Position numbers and translations under genes: made by a program | Notes under the pieces: model-generated | The model's database searches: none | Told to the model about the DNA's origin: nothing | Seen by the model: only the letters and a program-made list of their open reading frames with translations | Part shown: piece by piece, positions 30,463 to 39,305 of the stretch | How the letters are laid out: every line of letters starts with the position of its first letter | Numbering within the stretch: position 1 is the stretch's first letter | DNA from: Solirubrobacterales bacterium | GTDB lineage: Bacteria > Actinomycetota > Thermoleophilia > Solirubrobacterales > 70-9 | DNA: 61,117 nt | Direction of reading: 5' to 3' | NCBI GenBank assembly: GCA_036489595.1 | Contig: DASXFL010000067.1 | Span: 1-61,117, forward strand

Positions 30463-30788
30463 CAGCCGCCGCCGCCTTTGCCGCCCTCGGAGCCGGCGTC
30501 AGCTTTCGGTTTCGGCTTTTTCGAGAACATCCCGAGCATCCGGTCGGTGACCATGAAGCCGCCGACGATGTTGATCGCGCCGAAGGCGACGGCGATCGTC
30601 CCGATCACGTACTCGACCCCGTCGTTGGCGTAGCCGAGGACGATCAGGCCGCCGAGCATGACGATCCCGTGGATCGCGTTGGTCTGGCTCATCAACGGCG
30701 TGTGCAGGGTGGTCGGCACCTTCGAGATCACCTCGAAGCCGACGAAGATCGCGAGCACGAAGATCGTGATCTCGGTGAACAGGGTCAT
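30462..30788 (-). CDS. pntAB: NAD(P) transhydrogenase subunit alpha part 2 (membrane)
   Basis: 108 aa: 'MTLFTEITIFVLAIFVGFEVISKVPTTLHTPLMSQTNAIHGIV'. It overlaps both neighbouring genes. Confidence 0.85.
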   Translation of the reverse strand: MTLFTEITIFVLAIFVGFEVISKVPTTLHTPLMSQTNAIHGIVMLGGLIVLGYANDGVEYVIGTIAVAFGAINIVGGFMVTDRMLGMFSKKPKPKADAGSEGGKGGGG

Positions 30789-31915
30789 GCTGACTCCCTC
30801 CCGGCCGCCCGCTCGTTCTTGATTGCGCCGCCCTCGGTGATCGCCGCGGCGGCGAGGATGTCGTCCTCGAAGTCGATTTTCAGCTGTCCCTCCTCGCTCA
30901 CCATCAGCCCCAGCAGGTTCTCGAGGTTCTTCGCGTAGAGCTGCGATGCCGGGACCGGCATCTCGGAGGCGAGGTTGCGCGGGCCGAGCACTTTCACCCC
31001 GCCCTCGTCCACGGTCTCCCCCGGCTGGGTCAGCTCGCAGTTGCCGCCGGTCTCGGCGGCGAGGTCGACGATCACCGAGCCCGGCTGCATGCCCCGCACG
31101 GCCTCGGAGGTGATCAGCAGCGGTGCCGGCCGGCCGGGGATCGCGGCGGTGGTGACGATGATGTCCTGCTTGGCGGCGTTCTCGGTCAGCGCGTCGCGGA
31201 CCTGGGCGTTCTCCTCGTCGGTCAGCGGCCGCGCGTAGCCCCCCTCGCCCTCGGCGTCGGGGATGAAATCGAGCTCGAGCGGCCGGCCGCCGAGCGAGGC
31301 GATCTGCTCCCAAGCGGCGCGGCGGATGTCGAAGCCGGTGACGATCGCGCCCAGCCGCTTTGCGGTGGCGACCGCCTGCAGGCCGGCGACCCCGGCCCCC
31401 AGCACCAGCACTTTGGCCGGCGCCACGGTGCCAGCGGCGGTGGTCATCATTCCGAAGAAGCGGCCCGAGGTGCGCGCCGCAATCAGCATCGCCGCATAGC
31501 CGGCGGCAGCGGCCTGCGAGGAGAGCGCGTCCATCGCCTGGGCGCGGGTCGTGCGAGGGATCGCCTCCATCGCGAAAGCGGTGACCCCGGCCGCGGCCAG
31601 CGCCTTGTTGGTGTCGGCGGCGACCCAGGGGTTGAGGTGGCTGATGAAGGTCTGCCCCTGCTTCAGGCGGCCGATCTCCTCGGCGCTCGGCACCGCGACG
31701 TGGAGGACGACGTCGGCGTCCCAGGCTGCGCCGTCGGCGACGATCTCGGCGCCGGCATCGCTGTACTGGGAGTCGGGATGACCGGCGGCGTCGCCGGCGC
31801 CTGACTCGACCAGCACGTCGAGCTTCTCGCCTGCCGTCAGCGACTTGACGACGTCAGGGACGAGGGCAACGCGCCTCTCCCCCGCGGCGGTCTCTTTGGG
31901 TACTCCGATTCTCAC
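30785..31915 (-). CDS. pntAA: NAD(P) transhydrogenase subunit alpha part 1 (dI)
   Basis: 'MRIGVPKETAAGERRVALVPDVV', 'VLVLGAGVAGLQAVATAKRLGA', 'IVTTAAIPGRPAP'. Confidence 0.9.
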   Translation of the reverse strand: MRIGVPKETAAGERRVALVPDVVKSLTAGEKLDVLVESGAGDAAGHPDSQYSDAGAEIVADGAAWDADVVLHVAVPSAEEIGRLKQGQTFISHLNPWVAADTNKALAAAGVTAFAMEAIPRTTRAQAMDALSSQAAAAGYAAMLIAARTSGRFFGMMTTAAGTVAPAKVLVLGAGVAGLQAVATAKRLGAIVTGFDIRRAAWEQIASLGGRPLELDFIPDAEGEGGYARPLTDEENAQVRDALTENAAKQDIIVTTAAIPGRPAPLLITSEAVRGMQPGSVIVDLAAETGGNCELTQPGETVDEGGVKVLGPRNLASEMPVPASQLYAKNLENLLGLMVSEEGQLKIDFEDDILAAAAITEGGAIKNERAAGRESA

Positions 31916-31942
31916 GCGGCGCGGAAGATTATGCGAATCCGC

Positions 31943-33016
31943 TCACGCGGGCGCCCCGACCCCCGCCAGGCTGGCCAAGCGCTCCAGGGTGTGGAGCTTC
32001 TCCGCTGCCTCGACGTGGACCGGGGAGACGATCAGGCGGTCGATGCCGGCGCCGCGGAAGCGCTCGACCCGCTCCGCGACCTCGGCCTCGGTCCCGACCA
32101 GCGAGGTCGCCTCGACGATCTCGTCGGGCATCGCCTCGAAGGCTCCTGCGCGGTCGCCGTCCTGGAATCGGCGCTGCACCTCGTCAGCGACGTCGCCGAA
32201 GCCGAAGCGATGGGCGAGGTCGACGTAGAAGTTGGTCTTGCGGCTGCCCATGCCCCCGAAGTAGAGGACGAGGCCTGCCTTGACCAGGCTTCGCGCCGCC
32301 TCCAGGTCGCCGTCGATCGCGACCGACAACGAGGGACTGACCTCGAGGTCCGAACGGGTTCTGCCACCCTTGGCGAAGCCGGCCTCGAGGTGCTCGCCCC
32401 AGGTCCTCTCGAAGCCGTCGACGCTGAAGAAGATCGGGATCCAGCCGTCACAGATCTCCGCCGCCATTTCCACCGATTTGCGGCCAATCGCGCCGACGAA
32501 GACGGGGATCTCGTTGCGCAGGGGGTGGAAGTTGAGCTTCAGCGGCTTGCCCTCGCCATCGCCGGAGAGCGGCAGGTCGTAGTGCTTGCCGTGGTGCTCG
32601 AGCGGCCCCTCGCGGGCGATGATCGCCCGCACCACTTCGATGTACTCGCGGGTCCGGCCCCAGGGCTGCGCGTACGGCACCCCGTACCAGCCTTCGGAGA
32701 CCTGCGGGCCGGAGGGACCGAAGCCGAAGAGGAAGCGGCCGCCGCTCAATTTGTCGATCGTCGCCCCGGCCATCGCCGCCGCCGCCGGCGGGCGCGCCGG
32801 CACCTGCAGGATCGCCGCGCCGAGCTTGATCCTCTCGGTCTGCCCGGCCAACCAAGCGAGTACCGAAACGACGTCGGAGCCGTAGGACTCGGCCGCCCAG
32901 ACGGACTCGTAGCCATGGCCCTCGGCGGCGCGGACGATCTCCAGCGCCTCCTCCCCGGCCGGCCCGATTCCCCAGTACCCCAGGTTCAGTCCTAGCTTCA
33001 ACCCCATCCGCCTCAC
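31943..33016 (-). CDS. LLM-class F420-dependent oxidoreductase
   Basis: 'GYESVWAAESYGSDVVSVLAWLAGQT', 'GRFLFGFGPSGPQVSEGWYG'. An alternative ATG start lies at 33007. Confidence 0.85.
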   Translation of the reverse strand: MRRMGLKLGLNLGYWGIGPAGEEALEIVRAAEGHGYESVWAAESYGSDVVSVLAWLAGQTERIKLGAAILQVPARPPAAAAMAGATIDKLSGGRFLFGFGPSGPQVSEGWYGVPYAQPWGRTREYIEVVRAIIAREGPLEHHGKHYDLPLSGDGEGKPLKLNFHPLRNEIPVFVGAIGRKSVEMAAEICDGWIPIFFSVDGFERTWGEHLEAGFAKGGRTRSDLEVSPSLSVAIDGDLEAARSLVKAGLVLYFGGMGSRKTNFYVDLAHRFGFGDVADEVQRRFQDGDRAGAFEAMPDEIVEATSLVGTEAEVAERVERFRGAGIDRLIVSPVHVEAAEKLHTLERLASLAGVGAPA

Positions 33017-33022
33017 ACCCTA

Positions 33023-35500
33023 TTGAATAGGAGCGTGGCGAACCCCAGCGCACCGGGCGAGAGCGGCCTCTCGAGCGCCGAGGCGAAGGTGCGGCTGCGC
33101 CAGCTGGGGCCGCCGCCCGAGACCTCTTCGCGCTCGACCGCGAGCATCGTCGCCGGCAACGTCTTCACCCTCTTCAACGCGATCATCGCGGTCTTCTTCG
33201 TGCTCGACCTCGGGCTCGGCCTCTACGCCGACTCGCTGTTCGGCTTGATCGCCGTCATCAACTCCTACATCGGGATCCGCCAGGAGCTGAAGGCGAAAGC
33301 GACCCTCGACGAGCTGGCGGTGCTGGTGGCGCCGCACGCCCGGGCACTTCGCGACGGCGCCGTCTCCGAGCTGCTGGCGACCGAGGTCGTGCCCGGCGAC
33401 CTGGTCGCGCTCGGGCCCGGCGACCAGCTGGTCGCCGACGGCGTCGTCAGCTCCAGCCGCGGCCTCACGGTCGACGAGTCGATGCTGACCGGGGAGGCCG
33501 ACGGGATCCGCAAGGAAGCCCGCGACCGCGTCCTCTCCGGCTCCTTCGTGATCTCCGGCTCAGGCCACTATGAGGTCGACGCGGTTCGCGAGCAGAGCTA
33601 CGCCGGCCGCCTCGTCGGCGAGGCCCGCGCCTTCCGCCACCCGCCCTCGCCGCTGCAGGAGGAGGTCAACCGGGTGATCGTCGTCTCGACCTACATCATG
33701 CTGCCGCTGGCGGTCCTGCTGTTGCTGAGCCTGAAGATCCACTCGACCGGCCTGCACGAGGCGGCGCAGACCGCCACCGCCGGCCTCGTCACCCTGATCC
33801 CCGAGGGCCTGGTCCTGCTGATGAGCGTCACCTTCGCGGTCGCCGCGGTGCGGCTGGCCAAACGCGACACCCTGGTCCAGCAGATGAGCGCGACCGAGAG
33901 CCTGGCCGCGGTCGACACGATCTGCGTCGACAAGACCGGCACCCTGACCGAGGGCGAGCTGCGGCTGGCCGGGGTCGAGTTCGCCGACGGGATCGACCCG
34001 GCGGTGGGCGAGCGGGCGCTCGGCCGCTTCGCCGCCAGCGCCGGCGAGCGCAACCGCACCCTGGAGACGATCGCCGAGCGCTATCCCGGCGAGGCCGGCA
34101 CCGTCCGCTCCGAGGTCCCCTTCTCCTCGGAGTGGAAGTGGAGCGGGGTGGCGCTCGCCAACGGCTCGGGGACCGGCACTTCGACCTACGTGATGGGCGC
34201 CCCCGACGTCCTCGCCGAGGCCGGCGCCCTGGCGCTGCCGCCGCGACTCGCCCGGAGGCTGCAGGAGGAGACGGCGGCGGGGCGGCGCGTGGTCGCCTTC
34301 GGGCAGTCGACGGAGGCGCTGCCGGCCGACCCGGCGACGGCGACCGTGCCCAGGATTGCCCCGCTGGCCCTGGTCGTGCTGGAGGAGACGCTGCGCCCCG
34401 ACGCCGCCGAGACGATCGCCTTCATGCGCGACCAGGAAGTCGACCTGAAGCTGATCTCCGGCGACGCCGCGGCAACGGTGACCGCAGTCGCCTACGCGGT
34501 CGGGGTGCCGCGCGAGGCCGGCGTGGTCGAGGGGCCGGACCTGCCCGACGGCCCCGAGGCGCTGGCCGAGGTCGCCGTCGCCAAGACGATCTTCTGCCGG
34601 ATCAAGCCGGAGCAGAAGAAGGCGCTGGTGGCGGCGCTGGTCGGCGCCGGCCGCTACGTAGCGATGATCGGCGACGGGGTCAACGACGTGCCGGCCCTGA
34701 AGCAGGCGCGGATGGCGGTGGCGATGGGCTCCGGGGCCCAGGTGACCAAGGGTGTCGCCGACGTCGTCCTGCTCCAGGACCAGTTCTCGCGGCTGCCGGA
34801 GGCGGTTGGCGAGGGCCGCCGGATCGCCCGCAACATCCACCGCCTCGGCCGCCTCTACCTGACCAAGACCGTCTACGCGGCGACCCTGATCCTGCTCGTC
34901 TCGGTGCCCGGCTTCACCTTCCCCTTCCTGCCCCGCCACCTGACCGTGGCCGCCTTCCTGACGATCGGCATCCCTTCCTTCGTCCTCGCCCTCGCTCCCT
35001 CCGACGGCCCGCTCTACCGCGGCCGCCTGCTGCGGGCGCTGGCGGCGTTCGCGGTCCCGGCCGGCGTCGCCACCGGCCTCGCCTCGATCCTCTCCTTCTT
35101 CCTCGTCGACACCGTCGCCGGCGCCAGCCTCGAGGCCGGCCGCACCGCGGCGACGACGACGCTGATCGTCCTCGGCCTCGCCTTCGTCCTGCTGCTCGAG
35201 CGCGGCCCCGGCCGCGAGCACATCGCGATCCAGAGCTACATGCTGGCGATGGTCGCCGGCCTCGGCGCCCTCTACGCCCTCATCCTCGCCGCCGCCCCGG
35301 TGCGCGAATTCTTCGAACTCGAAATCCTCAACGCCACCCAGTGGTTCCTGGCGCTGCTGGCCGCCGCGATCGGGTTGACGATCGCCAGCGTGATCTGGCG
35401 GTTGCCGCAGATCGAACGGTGGGAGGTGCCGGACGATGGCGAGGGTGAGGGGGACGAGGAGGACCGGAAGCGGGGGATGCCGGCTTCGACGGCTGTGTAG
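33023..35500 (+). CDS. Cation-transporting P-type ATPase (HAD-IC, P2-like)
   Basis: 'DESMLTGEA', phosphorylation site 'ICVDKTGTLTEGEL', hinge 'MIGDGVNDVPALKQA', and about 10 TM segments. The TTG start has no obvious SD. Confidence 0.85.
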   Translation: MNRSVANPSAPGESGLSSAEAKVRLRQLGPPPETSSRSTASIVAGNVFTLFNAIIAVFFVLDLGLGLYADSLFGLIAVINSYIGIRQELKAKATLDELAVLVAPHARALRDGAVSELLATEVVPGDLVALGPGDQLVADGVVSSSRGLTVDESMLTGEADGIRKEARDRVLSGSFVISGSGHYEVDAVREQSYAGRLVGEARAFRHPPSPLQEEVNRVIVVSTYIMLPLAVLLLLSLKIHSTGLHEAAQTATAGLVTLIPEGLVLLMSVTFAVAAVRLAKRDTLVQQMSATESLAAVDTICVDKTGTLTEGELRLAGVEFADGIDPAVGERALGRFAASAGERNRTLETIAERYPGEAGTVRSEVPFSSEWKWSGVALANGSGTGTSTYVMGAPDVLAEAGALALPPRLARRLQEETAAGRRVVAFGQSTEALPADPATATVPRIAPLALVVLEETLRPDAAETIAFMRDQEVDLKLISGDAAATVTAVAYAVGVPREAGVVEGPDLPDGPEALAEVAVAKTIFCRIKPEQKKALVAALVGAGRYVAMIGDGVNDVPALKQARMAVAMGSGAQVTKGVADVVLLQDQFSRLPEAVGEGRRIARNIHRLGRLYLTKTVYAATLILLVSVPGFTFPFLPRHLTVAAFLTIGIPSFVLALAPSDGPLYRGRLLRALAAFAVPAGVATGLASILSFFLVDTVAGASLEAGRTAATTTLIVLGLAFVLLLERGPGREHIAIQSYMLAMVAGLGALYALILAAAPVREFFELEILNATQWFLALLAAAIGLTIASVIWRLPQIERWEVPDDGEGEGDEEDRKRGMPASTAV

Positions 35501-35865
35501 GACGGGCGTTCCGAATTGGGCTAGGGACCTGGGTTCGGCGAGGTGGGGATGTCGGCACTCCCTCCTGAGAATTCAGTCGCGTCCCTGTCGGGACAGCTCC
35601 GGATGATGCTGATCCCCTATGGGGATCAGGAACCAGATTGCATATCGCCGCTTCGCGACATTCCCAGGAGCGAGTGCCGACATCCCCACACAGAAACCTC
35701 CCCGGTTAGAGCCCCCACTACGGACCACGAAGCTTTCCAAGGGGGTACGGCACCCACTTGCTTGGAGCTTAGGAGGGACGGAAGCCTTCTCGAGGGACGG
35801 CGTCTGACGAGACGAGTCGTGGGGGCGCTCGGGTGCCCTCTACCGCAGGGGTTGGTCCCGCGCCG
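35501..35865. ncRNA. Candidate structured RNA or palindromic element of unknown class
   Basis: This 365-nt gap between two convergent stops has lower GC than its flanks. An 18-bp perfect inverted repeat (35543-35560 and 35672-35689) encloses nested helices: CTCCTG/CAGGAG, GTCGCG/CGCGAC, hairpin 35581-35594, and the 9-bp hairpin 35609-35629. More helices lie downstream (35730-35741 with 35761-35770). The window ends can also pair (GACGG.../...CCGTC). I recognised no known RNA-family motif, and the strand is undetermined. Confidence 0.4.
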
Positions 35866-36315
35866 TCAGTAGTCGAATGCCGGCGCGCTCGGGGGCAGCA
35901 CGAACTGCGTCACGATCAGGTTCGCCGCCAGCTTCCGCACGCCGTCCCGGATCCGATCGATCCGCACCTCGATCACCACCGTGCTGCGCCCGCCGTGCAG
36001 CGGCCGCGCCTCGGCGACGATCTCGTCCCCCAGCCGGCCGGCCCCGAACACGTTCAGCTTCAGCTCGATCGTCGTGAAGTCGTGGCCCGGCGGGACGGTG
36101 CGAAAGGTGCTCCAGGCGGCGACGGTGTCGCCGAGCGCGGTCCAGACGCCGCCGTGGACGAAGCCGCCCGGGTGCAGGTGCCGGGTTTCGACGACGATCC
36201 GCCCGCGGGCGAAGTCGTCCTCGATCTCGAGCGGCTGAATCCCGAGCTCGCCGGGAAAGGTGCCCTGGGCGAACTGGCTGAAGCTGTCGGGCGTGACGTC
36301 GGAGAAATCGGTCAC
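35866..36315 (-). CDS. PaaI-family (hotdog fold) thioesterase
   Basis: 'GELGIQPLEIEDDFARGRIVV...HLHPGGFVHGGVWTALGDT...HGGRSTVVIEVRI'. Confidence 0.8.
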   Translation of the reverse strand: MTDFSDVTPDSFSQFAQGTFPGELGIQPLEIEDDFARGRIVVETRHLHPGGFVHGGVWTALGDTVAAWSTFRTVPPGHDFTTIELKLNVFGAGRLGDEIVAEARPLHGGRSTVVIEVRIDRIRDGVRKLAANLIVTQFVLPPSAPAFDY

Positions 36316-36327
36316 GCCGGAATCAAA

Positions 36328-37482
36328 TCAGAGGCGTTCGACCAACATCGCCTTGCCCTGGCCGCCGGCCACGCACATCGTCTCCAGCCCGATCTGGTGG
36401 TCGTCGGTCTCCATCACGTTCAGCAGCGTCCCCATGATCCGAGCACCGGTCATCCCGAACGGGTGTCCGAGGGCGATCGCGCCGCCATGCGTGTTCATCT
36501 TCTCGAGCGGGATGTCGCACTCGTCCATGATCGGGATCACCTGGGCGGCGAAGGCCTCGTTGAGCTCGACCACGTCGACGTCGGCGATCGTCATCCCGGC
36601 GCGGTCGATGACCTTCTTGATCGCTCCGATCGGCGCCACGCCCATGTACTCGGGCTCGTTGCCGTAGGTGGCGGCGGTGATGATCCGGGCGCGCGGGATG
36701 AGGCCGAGCTCCTTCGCCTTCGTGTCGCTCATCAGCAGCACCGCCGCGGCGCCATCGTTGAGCGGGCACGAGTTCCCGGCGGTGACGCCGCCGCCGCCGA
36801 AGGCTTCCGGCAGTTCGGCCAGCTTCTCGAGGGTCGAGCTGGCGCGGGGGCCATCGTCCTTGGCTACCTGCTCGCCGTTCACTTCGACTGGGACGATCTC
36901 GCGGTCGAAGAAGCCGTCCTCCTGCGAGCGCACCGCCAGTTCCTGCGAGCGCTGCGCGTAGCGGTCCATGTCAGCGCGGCTGACCTCGTAGCGGTTGGCG
37001 ACGTTCACCGCGGTCAGGCCCATGTCGATGTAGGCGTTGGGCTGGCCGTCCTCGCCGAGCAGGTTGGGGTTGCGGTCCTCGGCACCGGCCGGCTCAGTGC
37101 GCTCGTTGTAGCGGCTCACCCACTCGACCCCAGCGGCCAGGTAGGCGTCGCCCTCCCCCGCCTTGATCGCGTTGCCGGCGTGGCGGATCGCGTCGAGGCT
37201 GGAGGAGCAGTAGCGGGAGACCGTCACCCCGTTGACCGTCTCCGGCAGCTTCTCGGATAGCAGCGAGACGATGCGGCCGAGATTGAAGGCCTGCAGCCCC
37301 TGCGGCATGCCAACGCCGCAGAAGACGTCCTCGACCAGGGCCGGATCGACCTCGGGGTTGCGCGCCAGCAGCTCGTCGACGACGAAGGCGCCCATCTCGT
37401 CCGGGCGCAGCGAGGCCAGCGAGCCCTTGAAGGCGCGGCCGATCGGCGTGCGCAGGGTGTCGACGATCACTGCTTCGGGCAT
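36328..37482 (-). CDS. Acetyl-CoA C-acetyltransferase (thiolase)
   Basis: GAAGGAGAAGG lies before the ATG at 37482. 'MPEAVIVDTLRTPIGRAFKGSL', active-site Cys 'VSRYCSSSLDAI', 'NEAFAAQV', 'NTHGGAIALGHPFGMTGARI', 'CVAGGQGKAMLVE'. Confidence 0.9.
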   Translation of the reverse strand: MPEAVIVDTLRTPIGRAFKGSLASLRPDEMGAFVVDELLARNPEVDPALVEDVFCGVGMPQGLQAFNLGRIVSLLSEKLPETVNGVTVSRYCSSSLDAIRHAGNAIKAGEGDAYLAAGVEWVSRYNERTEPAGAEDRNPNLLGEDGQPNAYIDMGLTAVNVANRYEVSRADMDRYAQRSQELAVRSQEDGFFDREIVPVEVNGEQVAKDDGPRASSTLEKLAELPEAFGGGGVTAGNSCPLNDGAAAVLLMSDTKAKELGLIPRARIITAATYGNEPEYMGVAPIGAIKKVIDRAGMTIADVDVVELNEAFAAQVIPIMDECDIPLEKMNTHGGAIALGHPFGMTGARIMGTLLNVMETDDHQIGLETMCVAGGQGKAMLVERL

Positions 37483-37673
37483 GCGGACCTTCTCCTTCGG
37501 TCGTGTGGCGGTGGGAGCTGCGGCCGGGAGAGTAGTCGATTGGCCAGTCAGCCAATTTGTGACGAATCGCACATTCTTACGCTCCTCGTCCCCGATCTCC
37601 GTTACATTCGCCTCAATCCACCTCGCCCAGGCGAGCGAGATGCCGCGAAGCGGCAGCGAAAGGAGGGCCTTCA

Positions 37674-37820
37674 ATGCCTGAAGGCTATTGCGTCAAAGAG
37701 CGTAAGAAGGTCGAGATCAGAGACGCCAAGCAGGTGACGATGAAGAACGGTCGCCCGGCGATCCAGGGCGTCTGCCCCGATTGCGGGACGAAGATCTTCA
37801 AGATCGGCAAACTCGACTAG
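37674..37820 (+). CDS. Small (48 aa) zinc-ribbon-like protein, DUF5679-like; below the ORF-track cutoff
   Basis: AGGAGG lies 7 nt upstream of the ATG at 37674. The product is 'MPEGYCVKERKKVEIRDAKQVTMKNGRPAIQGVCPDCGTKIFKIGKLD'. The pattern recalls actinobacterial DUF5679 proteins, but the first Cys pair is degenerate (C-x2-E). Confidence 0.6.
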   Translation: MPEGYCVKERKKVEIRDAKQVTMKNGRPAIQGVCPDCGTKIFKIGKLD

Positions 37821-37965
37821 AGCCACTTCTCGAGCTGCCGCCTCCGGCGCCGGGCGATGAGCCGGCGCCGGTGGCAAGGCCAGCGCTCACCGGCTCGCCG
37901 TCGCGGCGAGATCGTGGTGTTGGTGACCTCCGCACGGCCAGATCCGACGTCCGCACGGCAACCAC

Positions 37966-38002
37966 TGCTGCATTGGGTGTGCTCTGGGCACCAAATGCAG
38001 CA
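37966..38002. repeat. Palindromic hairpin element, copy B (GCTGCATTGGGTG...CACCAAATGCAGC)
   Basis: A 13-position stem with one mismatch and a 9-nt loop. It shares GCTGCATTnGGTG and CCAAATGCAG with copy A at 27962-28000. Confidence 0.5.
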
Positions 38003-38067
38003 CTCGTCACACCACGGCCCAGCCGGAAGCGCAAGAACAGGCGCAGGCGCGGCTGGAAGGGGTCGGC

Positions 38068-38093
38068 TGAACGCGGAGGCGCCAAGCTCCGTA
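38068..38093 (+). promoter_or_regulatory. Possible ECF-type autoregulated promoter
   Basis: TGAAC - 17 nt - CGTA ends 11 nt before the sigma-factor ATG. It resembles the generic GGAAC-N16-17-CGTT ECF pattern only loosely. Confidence 0.3.
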
Positions 38094-38104
38094 GTCCCCG
38101 GCGT

Positions 38105-38608
38105 ATGACCACCTTCACCCGCGAGCGAGACGTGCGCGAGGCCTACGCCGCGCACTCCGGCGAGCTGTTCGGGTTCGCCATGCGCTCGCTCGGCGACGCC
38201 GGCCTCGCCGAAGAGGCGGTGCAGGAGACCTTCGTCCGCGCCTGGCGCGCCGGTGAGCGCTTCGACCCCGAGATCGGCTCGCTGCGGACCTGGCTGTTCG
38301 CGATCCTGCGCAACGTGGTGATCGACCTCGGCCGCGCCCGGGCGGTGCGCCCGGGGGTCGCCGAGGGCGGGATCGAGCCGACCGTCGAGCCCTTCGAGCA
38401 GGCCCTCTCGGCCTGGCAGATCGAGGAGGCGATGCGGCGGATCGGCGAGGACCACCGGCGGGTGATCTTCGAGACCTACTATCGGGGCCGTCCCTACGCC
38501 GAGGTGGCGCAGGAGCTCGGGGTGCCGGAGGGAACCGTGAAGAGCCGCGTCTACTACGGGCTGAGGGCCCTGCGGGTGGTGCTGGAGGAGATGGGCTATG
38601 ACGACTGA
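38105..38608 (+). CDS. ECF (group 4) sigma-70 factor
   Basis: Region 2 'AEEAVQETFVRAWRAGERFDP...LRTWLFAILRNVVIDL' and region 4 'RPYAEVAQELGVPEGTVKSRVYYGLRAL'. Confidence 0.85.
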   Translation: MTTFTRERDVREAYAAHSGELFGFAMRSLGDAGLAEEAVQETFVRAWRAGERFDPEIGSLRTWLFAILRNVVIDLGRARAVRPGVAEGGIEPTVEPFEQALSAWQIEEAMRRIGEDHRRVIFETYYRGRPYAEVAQELGVPEGTVKSRVYYGLRALRVVLEEMGYDD

Positions 38609-39305
38609 GAGCTGCCGCGAATGGCGCACCTCGCTCGGCGCCTACGTGCTCGGCCAGCTCCCCGACGAGGAGCGGGCGGGGCTCGAGGCGCACCTCGAGG
38701 GCTGCCCCGAGTGCCGGGCCGAGGCGGAATCGCTGGGCACGGTGGCGAGGCTGATGCCGCTGGCCGACCCGGCCCGGATCACAGAGCAGGCGCCGCACCC
38801 GCCGGACCAGCTCCGGGAGCGGATCGAAGGCGTGATCGGCGCCGAGCACGAGGGCCGGCGCAAGCAGCGCCGCCGCCGGCGCTTCGGCTTCGCCTTCGGC
38901 GGCATCGCCGCCGCGGCGGCCGCGGCGATCGCCATCGTGGTCACCGGCGGCGGCGAGCAGGCGCCCGAACAGCACATCGCCTTCCACGACGTGCCGAAGG
39001 GGATCGAGATCAACGCGACCCTGCAACCGCACGCCTACGGCACCGAGATCAAGATGTACGTGAGCGGCGTCCGCTCGGGGACGCTCTGCCGCGTCTTCCT
39101 CCGCGGCGACGACGGCCGCCGCTACCCCGCCGGCAGCTTCCGCTACCGCTGGGGCGACGAATCGGAAGCGATGCTGAGCTCGGCCCTCGACATCTCGCGA
39201 ACCGCTGCGATCGGCGTCCGCGCCGGCGGCCGCACCTTCGTCGCTCCGGTCGGCAGGGAAGGCGCGACCGCCTCCGCCCAACTGAACGAGGAGGACCAGA
39301 CGTGA
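38598..39305 (+). CDS. Anti-sigma factor (zf-HC2 N-terminus, single TM)
   Basis: 'LEAHLEGCPECRAE' gives the H-x3-C-x2-C motif; TM helix 'FGFAFGGIAAAAAAAIAIVV'. It overlaps the sigma-factor gene by 11 nt. Confidence 0.75.
   Translation: MTTESCREWRTSLGAYVLGQLPDEERAGLEAHLEGCPECRAEAESLGTVARLMPLADPARITEQAPHPPDQLRERIEGVIGAEHEGRRKQRRRRRFGFAFGGIAAAAAAAIAIVVTGGGEQAPEQHIAFHDVPKGIEINATLQPHAYGTEIKMYVSGVRSGTLCRVFLRGDDGRRYPAGSFRYRWGDESEAMLSSALDISRTAAIGVRAGGRTFVAPVGREGATASAQLNEEDQT

Noticed and set aside
35543-35689. MITE interpretation of the 18-bp terminal inverted repeats
   Set aside because: This is not rejected outright, but it is not supported here. The bases flanking the arms (cgagg / acaga) are not a target-site duplication, and I saw no second copy in this window. 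It needs a genome-wide copy count.
35501-35865. Assignment of the structured intergenic element to RNase P RNA, tmRNA, SRP RNA, 6S RNA or a retron msr/msd
   Set aside because: I found no GAGGAAAGUCCGGGC or ACAGAACCCGGC-type RNase P blocks. There is no tRNA-like T-arm/ACCA end or tag reading frame for tmRNA. There is no SRP domain IV motif. No adjacent reverse transcriptase supports a retron. The class is left open.
35543-35872. 109-aa plus-strand ORF covering the same intergenic element
   Set aside because: Third-position GC is about 70 percent by my reading, far below neighbouring genes. The sequence has no recognisable motifs and there is no SD. The region is better explained by extensive base pairing.
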